From Octopus bimaculoides (Eukaryota): a stretch of 34,304 bases of DNA. The position numbers were made by a program, and so were the translations under genes. The stretch lies in NCBI RefSeq assembly GCF_001194135.2, contig NC_068988.1:91020658-91054961 (forward strand), written 5' to 3'. The notes under the pieces are model-generated. The model did not search any database, was not told where the DNA came from, and saw nothing but the letters and a program-made list of their open reading frames with translations. Below are positions 24,391-34,304 of this stretch, one piece after another (positions within the stretch are counted from its first letter, which is position 1; every line of letters starts with the position of its first letter).

Positions 24391-24483
24391 AAATTCCTCT
24401 ATTTACATAATATCGAGGTCTCTTTCTTTCTTTTGTTGTCTTTTTTATCAATGTATATATATATATATAGCGTACGAACTTAC

Positions 24484-24651
24484 CATGGTCTTCATAATTC
24501 TGGAATGTGTAGATAATCTTGAGAATGAAAGTGACTCTGTATCTCCACATGACATACACCATCACTGCGAGGACGAAGGACAATAATAATGGAATGGCGA
24601 GAAAACCCAAGTAACGTTTGTCCCATTTTTCTACCGTAGTCGGTGGTATTT
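24484..24651 (-). CDS. EGF-TM-TIR receptor, coding exon 2 (stalk, transmembrane helix, juxtamembrane)
   Basis: Acceptor aatctttgcag|AA, donor G|gtaagt, 168 nt, phase 1-1. Reads (E)IPPTTVEKWDKRYLGFLAIPLLLSFVLAVMVYVMWRYRVTFILKIIYTFQNYEDH. Confidence 0.9.
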
Positions 24652-25261
24652 CTGCAAAGATTATAAGAATAAGGTCTTAGAAATCTGCACGTTTGTGTTA
24701 GTACTATACAGTGAAATCGAGATGGAAGAGTCGTCCGTGTCTGAGCGGAAGAAGTCTGAAGCTAAGTAATTCAGAGGAGCAGAGACTGTCGAATTGCTGA
24801 GAGGCTGGGAAATTAATATCTAGCCTTATATTTCTGTATAGCATAGTGGTTCTTAGACAGTACGTTGCAAGTTGTATCGACATGCATGGTAGACTTTTTT
24901 ATAATATAACCGAAGACTTCATAAATCCATACTAAAGCTTCAGATGGTACATGCCTAGAGGTTAGTAGTGTTGCATTTACGATCGCAAAATCGTGATTTC
25001 AGTTCCTGAACTAGCTTGTGTGCAAAACTCTTCATCTCATGTTGCTCTACGATCACTTCGGCATCTGACATGTGGTGCAGCTTACACCAGTTCAGCAACG
25101 TCGATTTGATGAAGAGAGGAAGCTAATGTAAAAGACGAAAATTTGATCAGTAAGAATAAACCATTTGGGCAGGTTGTTCTACAAGAAACTGCAGAACCGT
25201 GTTTTTCTCGGACTATGGGAGACTGTCTTCACTAAGGCTTGAATATCTTTAAACACAAACA

Positions 25262-25470
25262 AATGTGTGGAAGATGTATGGCTTAGTGGTTAGGCTATTC
25301 GGCCCAAGGTCGTGAGTTCGAGTACACTCAGCTGGCAAAAATCAGTCGTATGTGTAACTAACCTTGTCACATTCTATGTCATGTCGGGTCTCCATGAAAA
25401 CTACGTTGAAGGCACACATGTTTGTGGAGTGCTCAATCACTTGCACGTTAATTTCACGAGCAGAGAGAGA
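25262..25470 (+). mobile_element. Degenerate, internally deleted SINE of the 10813/26418 family
   Basis: tRNA-like head tggcttagtggttagg..gagttcgag, and a body gaaaactacgttgaaggcacacatgtttgtggagtgctcaatcacttgcacgttaatttcacgagcag matching the other copies. Confidence 0.75.
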
Positions 25471-25648
25471 ATCAAATTATATATTGTTATTTGATTCGCT
25501 GTCTGATAGGAAATGTCTTGCATGTTTCTCCTACATATACAATTTTGTAGCTCCATTTAACGAATGAAATACGTGTAATGGTGAATAAACAATACTAAAA
25601 AGTATAATACGATATGTATTTATACATACGTATATGTACACACACACG

Positions 25649-25715
<67 letters not shown>

Positions 25716-26417
25716 NNNNNNNNNNNNNNNNNNNNNNNNNNNNNNNNNNNNNNNNNNNNNNNNNNNNNNNNNNNNNNNNNNNNNNNNNNNNNNNNNNNNN
25801 NNNNNNNNNNNNNNNNNNNNNNNNNNNNNNNNNNNNNNNNNNNNNNNNNNNNNNNNNNNNNNNNNNNNNNNNNNNNNNNNNNNNNNNNNNNNNNNNNNNN
25901 NNNNNNNNNNNNNNNNNNNNNNNNNNNNNNNNNNNNNNNNNNNNNNNNNNNNNNNNNNNNNNNNNNNNNNNNNNNNNNNNNNNNNNNNNNNNNNNNNNNN
26001 NNNNNNNNNNNNNNNNNNNNNNNNNNNNNNNNNNNNNNNNNNNNNNNNNNNNNNNNNNNNNNNNNNNNNNNNNNNNNNNNNNNNNNNNNNNNNNNNNNNN
26101 NNNNNNNNNNNNNNNNNNNNNNNNNNNNNNNNNNNNNNNNNNNNNNNNNNNNNNNNNNNNNNNNNNNNNNNNNNNNNNNNNNNNNNNNNNNNNNNNNNNN
26201 NNNNNNNNNNNNNNNNNNNNNNNNNNNNNNNNNNNNNNNNNNNNNNNNNNNNNNNNNNNNNNNNNNNNNNNNNNNNNNNNNNNNNNNNNNNNNNNNNNNN
26301 NNNNNNNNNNNNNNNNNNNNNNNNNNNNNNNNNNNNNNNNNNNNNNNNNNNNNNNNNNNNNNNNNNNNNNNNNNNNNNNNNNNNNNNNNNNNNNNNNNNN
26401 NNNNNNNNNNNNNNNNN

Positions 26418-26747
26418 GAACAGCCTGCTCGTGAAATTAACGTGCAAGTGGCTGAGCACTCCACAGACACGTGTACCCTTAACGTAGTTCTCGGGGATAT
26501 TCAGCGTGACACAGTGCGACAAGGCTGACCCTTTGAATTACAGGCACAACAGAAACAGGAAGTAAGAGTGAGAGAAAGTTGTGGTGAAAGAGTACAGCAG
26601 GGTTCGCCACCATCCCCTGCCGGAGCCTCGTGGAGCTTTTAGGTGTTTTCGTTCAATAAACACTCACAACGCCCGCTCTGGGAATCGAAACCGCGATCCT
26701 ATGGTCGCGAGTCCGCTTCCCTAACCACTGGGCCATTGCGCCTCCAC
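26418..26747 (-). mobile_element. tRNA-derived SINE (3' end lost in gap)
   Basis: Near-identical to 10868-11197. Confidence 0.88.
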
Positions 26748-26901
26748 CATACGTACGTACATACATACATACATACATACATACGTACATACATACGTGC
26801 ATACATACGTGCATACATACATACATACGTACATACATAGATGCATACATACGTGCATACATACATACATACATACATGCATACATACCTGCATACATAC
26901 A

Positions 26902-26935
<34 letters not shown>

Positions 26936-26965
26936 CATACATAAATATATACAAACATACATGCA
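26748..26965. repeat. (TACA)n / (TGCA) tetranucleotide microsatellite
   Basis: Directly visible. Confidence 0.9.
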
Positions 26966-27036
26966 TATGTGTGGCATTGATTTCCGTTTACTGCAATATC
27001 TGTATAGTGAACCAGCAGCAGGTATCTGACTGAATA

Positions 27037-27160
27037 TATCACAGACACGTGTACTTTTCACGTAACATGTACTTTTCATGTAACATGTACTTTTCATGTA
27101 ACATGTACTTTTCATATCACAGACACGTGTACTTTTCATATAACACTCAGCGTGACACAG
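27037..27160. repeat. 18/24-bp minisatellite (tgtaacatgtacttttca)
   Basis: Three 18-bp units flanked by two 24-bp variants tatcacagacacgtgtacttttca. Confidence 0.85.
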
Positions 27161-27623
27161 TATGACGTTTACAATTACGTCATCCGACGAACTTCCAGAT
27201 ATATCTATCTCACCATTTCACATAAAAACTTTGTGCCAACTCTGGGCTTTTGTCCCTTAGATTACACGCTTTGCAGTGTTATTGAATCCGAACCTCATGG
27301 TTGCAAACGAGATTCTTGATCTGTCAGCCATACTGCGTCTACTCACACACAGAAAAAGATATGCGTATCTGTATGCATGTCCGTGTGAGTGTGCGTGTGT
27401 GGGTGCATGCGTGTGTGTATGTAGTATATGCACATAATATCCTTTCCTGTAGACGTTGACCACAACTATACAAACAAAACAACAATATTTTAATCTGACC
27501 GATATTGAACGGCCGTTGAAGTACATAGGCACTACTTCTTCCTCCCGTCTATATATATTATAAAGTATAATTTAATATGAACTGTAATAAGCTGATAATA
27601 TTAAAAAAAACACTTTTACTAAC

Positions 27624-28176
27624 CTTCTATGGTGCAATTTGTATCTGGCTTATAATAGCCCTTACAGGAACATATTTCATCTCCATTGTGTAGGATGCAT
27701 TCTCCATGTAAACAGTTGCGGGTACAACCTATATTACACGTCTCTCCAATCCAACCATCTTCACATTGACAGCGTGACGTCACATTATTGATGTTACTAC
27801 AAGAACCATGAACGCAAACCATTACGTTGCACACTTCATGATTACATTTTTTTCCTGCATAGCCAGAATCACACTTGCATTCCATACTGCAACTTTCGTT
27901 ATCAAATGTGCACTTGCCGTGATTGTGGCATGTGTCTGGCGTGCATTCATTTCTACAATTTTTGGATTCATTTGTATGGTTACAATATTTTCCATCGAAC
28001 TTCGGCGGACAGACGCATGCTGCTTTGCATTCACTATCCTGTCTACATGTTCCTCCGTTCTTGCAAGGGTCAACAAATGAACATATATTATAGCTACATA
28101 TTACTGTTTCACTCACAGAGAAACATGCAATGAAAGACATCGAAAATATTAACAACTTTACAGTTGACATTTCCAT
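27624..28176 (-). CDS. EGF-TM-TIR receptor, coding exon 1 (signal peptide plus 4 EGF repeats)
   Basis: MEMSTVKLLIFSMSFIACFSVS signal-peptide-like start, then four EGF-type Cys patterns (e.g. CKNGGTC..CVCPPKFDGKYC; CQCEDGWIGETC). Donor GAA G|gttagt is phase 1 and joins exon 2 in frame. Confidence 0.9.
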
Positions 28177-28568
28177 CCTGAATTTTGGTTTTGAATAATT
28201 CTGCAAGACTGCGATGAGAAATCTGAAAGAAGGGAAAAATAANNNNNNNNNNNNNNNNNNNNNNNNNNNNNNNNNNNNNNNNNNNNNNNNNNNNNNNNNN
28301 NNNNNNNNNNNNNNNNNNNNNNNNNNNNNNNNNNNNNNNNNNNNNNNNNNNNNNNNNNNNNNNNNNNNNNNNNNNNNNNNNNNNNNNNNNNNNNNNNNNN
28401 NNNNNNNNNNNNNNNNNNNNNNNNNNNNNNNNNNNNNNNNNNNNNNNNNNNNNNNNNNNNNNNNNNNNNNNNNNNNNNNNNNNNNNNNNNNNNNNNNNNN
28501 NNNNNNNNTATCCCAGCATGGTCGCTGCCTAATGAATGAAACGAGCAAAACAAAAGTGTTCACATTAA

Positions 28569-28955
28569 GGCGGCGAGCTGGCAGAAACGTTAGCACGAAG
28601 GGCGAAATGCTTAGCAGTATTTCGTCCGCCGCTACGTTCTGAGTTCAAATTCCACCGAGGTCGACTTTCCTTTCATCCTTTCGGGTCGATTAAACAAGTA
28701 CCAGTTACGTACTGGGGTCGATATAATCGACTTAATCCGTTTGTCTGTTCTTGTTTGTCCCCTCTGTGTGTAGCTCCTTGTGGGCAGTAAAGAAATAAGA
28801 ATCGTTAGCATGCCGGACGAGATGCTTAGCGGTATTTCGTCCTTTACGTTCTGAGTTTAAAATCCACTGAGGTTGACTTTACCTTTCACCTTTTGGGGTC
28901 GATAAAATATGCACCAGTTGAGCACCGGGATCAATGTAATCGCCGGCCTTGTGCC
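28569..28955 (+). mobile_element. Two tandem SINE units
   Basis: ggcggcgagctggcagaaacgttagc..gagttcaaattcc..cctttcatcctttcgggtcgattaaacaagtaccag is followed by a second diverged unit from about 28800. Confidence 0.8.
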
Positions 28956-29189
28956 TAAATTTGAAGCCAATATATGTTAATATTGCAAAAGTAACAGTAG
29001 TTGTGGTATGGGTACATACTCTGTAACAGGAAGTCACCGCATGGTGATTCCCTACGTAGATGACGCCTTTGCACCGCTCAAGCGACAGCCCTCCAATACA
29101 TGGGTCTATTTAGGTTACTAGAGAGGGTTTTACGAGGCCGGAGTGCAAATCCAGCCTCAACCACTTTTACCTGTCTCTTACAAGCAGAG

Positions 29190-29352
29190 CAAGTGTTGAA
29201 CTTATTCTTTGGCATGCCAATACCATGAAGCACTAGAGCAACGTGAAATGAAATATTTTACTCAAAAACACAACATACTACCCGGACCGGTACTCGAAAC
29301 CCCGACCTTGTGATCGTGGTTGCAACACTCTAATCACTAGGCCCTTAGCCTT
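29190..29352 (-). mobile_element. Degenerate tRNA-derived SINE head and body
   Basis: Minus strand tgaaggctaagggcctagtgattagagtgttgc..ggtttcgagtacc resembles A and B boxes. Confidence 0.55.
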
Positions 29353-29478
29353 CAAAACATTGCCAAAAGCTGAGAAGTAAATCAAACAGGAAAAATATGG
29401 GCTTCTATTGGTAAGGAAAACAAGCGACAATATAATCCAAGTACTTGTATTTTATTGTCGTTTGAGTATGCATAAATA

Positions 29479-29687
29479 CTTTTCTACTCTAGGCACAAGG
29501 CCCGAAATTTTCGGGAAGGGGACCAGTCGATTAGATCGACCCCAGTACTCAACTGGTACTTAATTTATCGACACCGCAGGATGAAAGGTAAACTCGACCT
29601 CGGTGGATTTTGAACTCGGAACGTAAAGACAGACGAAATAAGCATTTCGCCTGGTGTGCTTAACGTTTCTGCCAGCTCGCCAACTTA
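29479..29687 (-). mobile_element. SINE of the 28569 family with perfect 16-bp target-site duplication
   Basis: tgagtatgcataaata at 29463-29478 and 29688-29703 flanks the element. Confidence 0.9.
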
Positions 29688-30344
29688 TGAGTATGCATAA
29701 ATAGAGAAATGAAGAGAGATACTTAACGTCGCAAAGTTAAGAGAAAAACGTGTTTAGTTCACGTCAAGAGCTTGTAACTGAAACTGAAAATATAACTAAA
29801 TAATGTAACTTTGTATTCTTAACTGGCACTAATTTCCGTTCTTTTGTTATATTCAAATAGGATTGCCAAAATTTACTTTAAACAATTAACACAAATGTTT
29901 AGTTTTAATGATATATATANNNNNNNNNNNNNNNNNNNNNNNNNNNNNNNNNNNNNNNNNNNNNNNNNNNNNNNNNNNNNNNNNNNNNNNNNNNNNNNNN
30001 NNNNNNNNNNNNNNNNNNNNNNNNNNNNNNNNNNNNNNNNNNNNNNNNNNNNNNNNNNNNNNNNNNNNNNNNNNNNNNNNNNNNNNNNNNNNNNNNNNNN
30101 NNNNNNNNNNNNNNNNNNNNNNNNNNNNNNNNNNNNNNNNNNNNNNNNNNNNNNNNNNNNNNNNNNNNNNNNNNNNNNNNNNNNNNNNNNNNNNNNNNNN
30201 NNNNNNNNNNNNNNNNNNNNNNNNNNNNNNNNNNNNNNNNNNNNNNNNNNNNNNNNNNNNNNNNNNNNNNNNNNNNNNNNNNNNNNNNNNNNNNNNNNNN
30301 NNNNNNNNNNNNNNNNNNNNNNNNNNNNNATATATATATATGTT

Positions 30345-30535
30345 TGTGTGTCTGTGTTTGTCCCGATGCTGTGTTTGTCCCGCTTGACAACCGATGCTGG
30401 TGTGTTTATGTTAGCGGTTCGGCAAAAGTGACCGATAGAATAAGTACTAGGATTACAAAGAATAAGATTTGCTCGACTAAAGGCGGTGCCCCAGCATGGC
30501 CGCAGTCAAATGACTTAAACGAATAAAAGAAATGA
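30345..30535 (+). mobile_element. SINE 3' half (23255 family)
   Basis: ccgcttgacaaccgatgctggt..aaggcggtgccccagcatggccgcagtcaaatgac..aataaaagaa. Confidence 0.8.
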
Positions 30536-30976
30536 AAAAAAAAAACTAGAAGAAATTAATCTGGTGATGATATTAAGGCAGACTTTGTGTAAAATGAATG
30601 GAAGTTGAAATTATTTAGAGGTAGGAAAATTTCAGGTTGTGAAGTACGAACATTTATAATAAATACGATAATTTTACGACGCATATCCTTTCGAAATGAG
30701 CTGAAACGTCGAAAATTGATAGGAAACATAAAATAGACTGTTAGGGAGCGAAAATAGGGGAACAACAGTTTTCTTAAGACAGAAAACGAGAAAGAGTGAG
30801 TGTAAAAGCTTTGTATATTTGACACTGGTTGTCATGGCCTGCCTACTCAAGTGTATCTCAAACCGAATTTGTTTCCTCATAACTTTCAGATAGTGTCGAT
30901 TACTGTTATATCGGAATTTGTTGTTAAAACATTTCCAGAAGCGGGGTAGAGGATAATGTACAGGAGTCCAATTTGT

Positions 30977-31353
30977 CCCATCATAACTTTCAGAAAAAAA
31001 TTTATTTTTTAATGAAATTTTCTACAAATACTTTTTAAAATGGTGTGAATGACGATATTAGAAGTTAATGGGGATAAAGAAAATTGATAGGTGCACATAC
31101 ATACATACATACATACATACATACATACATACATACATACATACATACATACTGTCACACACCACATATATATATCTAGAAAATGCCACTTGAAACTTCG
31201 AAGAAATTGTGATGTATGTCAGAATGTAAACGCGCACCGACAACTGCATTTTTTTTTACACTTAATTCTGATATAATCTTTATCTACACCTTCTGAAAGG
31301 TATTTGTAGAAATTTTCACTAAAAATAACCATATCTCTGGAAATTATGAGGAG
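30977..31353. mobile_element. MITE-like element with about 90-bp imperfect inverted repeats around a (TACA)n core
   Basis: The left arm tcataactttcaga..gaaattttctacaaatac..tggtgt matches the reverse complement of the right arm acacc..gtatttgtagaaattttcac..ctggaaattatga. Confidence 0.65.
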
Positions 31354-32069
31354 ATGAATTAGTGGGGGCATAGTCTCAATACTAAGACGGAATCAGATGA
31401 AAAGCGTTCAGTGGTTGGAGAGGAATAGATAAGAAAAGCTATACGACAAAATAGATAAATACTGACGTAATGAAACGATTCATAAACAAGCAGTGAGCTT
31501 ATTTAAACGTTTACTGATGAAGAAAATATTTTCGCATGTCCCCTAAAAAGTTCAATGAAAATTTAATATGGTTATGTTTCAAAACCCGCTAATTTTCCAC
31601 CCAGATTATAAACTTAAAGGATCACATTATTATTGATGCCCTTGGTTACCTCGCAACCTAAGTTATGTATAGACCGTCATTTTTCCGGGAGGTGGGTCTC
31701 ATGAAACTTGGGTCATCACCAGACGGACCGCACTACTAAAAGTGTTCAAGTTATTCATTAGGAATGCCTTTCAGAAAGTCCCGCGCACTACGGTTGGCCC
31801 GTAATTGGACTAAAATATAATTTCAAAAGAATAACCAACCAAATAAAATCCCCAAAACCGAAACAAATAAACCAAAAATGAGATTTTCTGATAAAGACTG
31901 TGATTAACAGTTATTGTTAAAGCTTAATTTGTAAACGAAATGGTGAAACATGAAAAACATCGTAATCAAAACAAAAATATAATGGACATACCAGTTAGGT
32001 TGACGATTCAGAATATGTTACAACAATGGAGATTATACATGTCCGGCAAACTACTTCTACTGCTAGTAA

Positions 32070-32101
<32 letters not shown>

Positions 32102-32444
32102 ATAATAGCAGCAGCAGCAGGGTTAGTGCTTCAATAGTTGTAATCCCAAAGGAGCTAATTTAAATTGCAGACGGAAATAGTAAAGAAAATACGGTCAAAA
32201 ATTGACTTACAAATACTTATGTGGGTGTGTGACAATTGACAAGTACTAATGTGTAAGTAATAAAGTAAAATTCATAATACAAACAGAAAGAAGGAAATCG
32301 AGAGGAAGAGACACATGGAGAAGAACAGAGAACCTCGAAGCACTTGAGTAAAAGACGGTAAATATATAAAAGCAACGCTAAAATAAAGAAACAGGAAATA
32401 CTCATTAAATATCCAGAAAATAAAGCAAAAATAAAGGCCTTTAT

Positions 32445-32612
32445 TTTTTGTCTTTTATTTATTTCAGTCACTGGGTTGCGGCTATGCTGGGGCACCACTT
32501 TGAAAGGTTTTATTCAAACGAATCGATCCCTGTACTTATTTTTTTAAAGCCTGGAACTTTATCGGTTCATTATGCCGAGCTGGGAAGTTACGGCAACATA
32601 AACACTAAGACA
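32445..32612 (-). mobile_element. SINE 3' half (23255 family), diverged
   Basis: tttatttcagtcactgggttgcggctatgctggggcaccac..gccgagctgggaagttacgg. Confidence 0.7.
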
Positions 32613-32873
32613 CACACATGTGTATGTACAAACATGCATATATACATGCATACATATATACAAATGTACGTACGAACACACATACACACAATATATGTAT
32701 ATATATATATATATAAAGTGTAGTATATTGCCACTTAAGTGTGGCTGACCCCTAGGGGTGGATGTTACTGTTGCTTTTAGCCCCAGGAGGACATCTCCTC
32801 CAGCTGGCTTATCGACACACGACTGTGTCCTGTTTGCCAAGGGAAGTTATCCCTCTCACCTCGATCTGCAGCA

Positions 32874-32918
32874 CGAACGTATCCGGATTTCAGGGTTATT
32901 TCCCTTCGTCGGCGTCCG
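32874..32918 (-). ncRNA. Minimal type-I hammerhead ribozyme motif with U4C substitution
   Basis: cggacg-CCGACGA-aggg-aaauaa-cccu-GAAA-uccgga-UA-cguucg. Stem I is 6 bp, stem II is 4 bp, stem III is the palindrome auccggau, and the triplet is AUA. Confidence 0.65.
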
Positions 32919-34304
32919 ACAGCTGATGACCTTGGTGAGAGAGACAAAAACCTGGCAAACTTATATCTTCTTTTCCAGTGAAATTCTTCACTGATATTGA
33001 AAAGGTGAAAACAAGCAATGTTAATTCTCTAAATGAAGTATTAACAGTAACTGCACGNNNNNNNNNNNNNNNNNNNNNNNNNNNNNNNNNNNNNNNNNNN
33101 NNNNNNNNNNNNNNNNNNNNNNNNNNNNNNNNNNNNNNNNNNNNNNNNNNNNNNNNNNNNNNNNNNNNNNNNNNNNNNNNNNNNNNNNNNNNNNNNNNNN
33201 NNNNNNNNNNNNNNNNNNNNNNNNNNNNNNNNNNNNNNNNNNNNNNNNNNNNNNNNNNNNNNNNNNNNNNNNNNNNNNNNNNNNNNNNNNNNNNNNNNNN
33301 NNNNNNNNNNNNNNNNNNNNNNNNNNNNNNNNNNNNNNNNNNNNNNNNNNNNNNNNNNNNNNNNNNNNNNNNNNNNNNNNNNNNNNNNNNNNNNNNNNNN
33401 NNNNNNNNNNNNNNNNNNNNNNNNNNNNNNNNNNNNNNNNNNNNNNNNNNNNNNNNNNNNNNNNNNNNNNNNNNNNNNNNNNNNNNNNNNNNNNNNNNNN
33501 NNNNNNNNNNNNNNNNNNNNNNNNNNNNNNNNNNNNNNNNNNNNNNNNNNNNNNNNNNNNNNNNNNNNNNNNNNNNNNNNNNNNNNNNNNNATGTGTATG
33601 TACAAACATGCATATATACATGCATACATATATACAAATGTACGTACGAACACACATACACACAATATATGTATATATATATATATATACATACCGCACC
33701 ACACACACCTGCATATATAAAATTCGATTAGAGGTTATGTTAGCCTCATGAAGGGATAGTGTCATTCAAGGAAGTACTGGTTCATTACCTGATATTCTGG
33801 GGGAATTGATTTCCTTAAAATAACAGGTATGTCTCTAAGAACGTGTAGTTTATAATCATATAAAGGAAGAAGAAAATGGAGATTGTGATGTTAATATGTG
33901 TGTATTATCAACAACAAATCGAACATAATCTCTTACAGCTGTTTCAATTATTAAATTCATATTTCTGAGGGAACAAAAAATATACCCTTAAATGTTTTGT
34001 GTTTGCTTATGGATTCATTGTAGCAGACTGAATGACAATATTTATGATTTGTATTTTTATATGTTCAGGCGAGGAGTTCACAGGCTGGCTGGAGGTAAAA
34101 TAGAGTAGGTAAATAGAACTATAGTGATAAAAGAATAAATTAAATAGAGGTAGTAGAGGGAATTTCAATATAAATAAGGTAAGGATGTAAAGTACGTTTA
34201 TAAGTTGTAATAAAGTTCAGAAAATTTGTATATATACAAGGTACACGCTCGTATATGTACACGCATACATACATTCATCTGTACATCCATATATATATAT
34301 ATAT

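Noticed and set aside
27037-27160. CRISPR-like repeat array
   Set aside because: Units are contiguous with no unique spacers, the context is eukaryotic, and there are no cas genes.
27624-28101. Calcium-binding EGF or EGFR-ligand identity for the EGF repeats
   Set aside because: The full cbEGF consensus is absent (only a partial NEC before EGF2), and none has the EGFR-ligand spacing or the GxRC end.
27808-28133. Overlapping ORFs on the other frames and strand of the EGF exon
   Set aside because: Shadow frames of the Cys-rich coding exon with no recognisable motifs.
32921-32960. Additional CTGATGA/CTGATTGA hits (32923, 18637, 15075, 31515, 4778)
   Set aside because: No convincing stem II plus GAAA plus stem I pairing could be built.
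33592-33688. Exact copy, about 95 bp, of 32618-32715 right after a gap
   Set aside because: Low-complexity sequence at a gap edge; most likely a scaffolding or gap-flank duplication artefact.

Overview
AT-rich, microsatellite-dense eukaryotic genomic DNA from a draft assembly with nine N-gaps. The SINE and microsatellite landscape looks cephalopod, probably Octopus (inference). Most of the window is decayed transposon sequence: a full-length Ty3/Gypsy LTR element (47-4259), several Penelope-like element (PLE) fragments, a mariner, R4/Dong-type LINE pieces, tRNA-derived SINEs and MITE-like palindromes. Within it lies an intact, four-coding-exon gene on the minus strand (28176-27624, 24651-24484, 18908-18765, 13994-13627). 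All three introns are phase 1 with canonical GT-AG ends, and the joined CDS is 1233 nt (410 aa plus stop). It encodes a signal peptide, 4 EGF repeats (two with an extra Cys pair), a TM helix and a TIR domain: a Toll/IL-1R-type receptor whose ectodomain is EGF instead of LRR or Ig. A second theme is type-I hammerhead-ribozyme (HHR) motifs carried by different repeat families at five loci. One near-complete motif lies in sense orientation about 290 nt into the intron that separates the TM and TIR exons.
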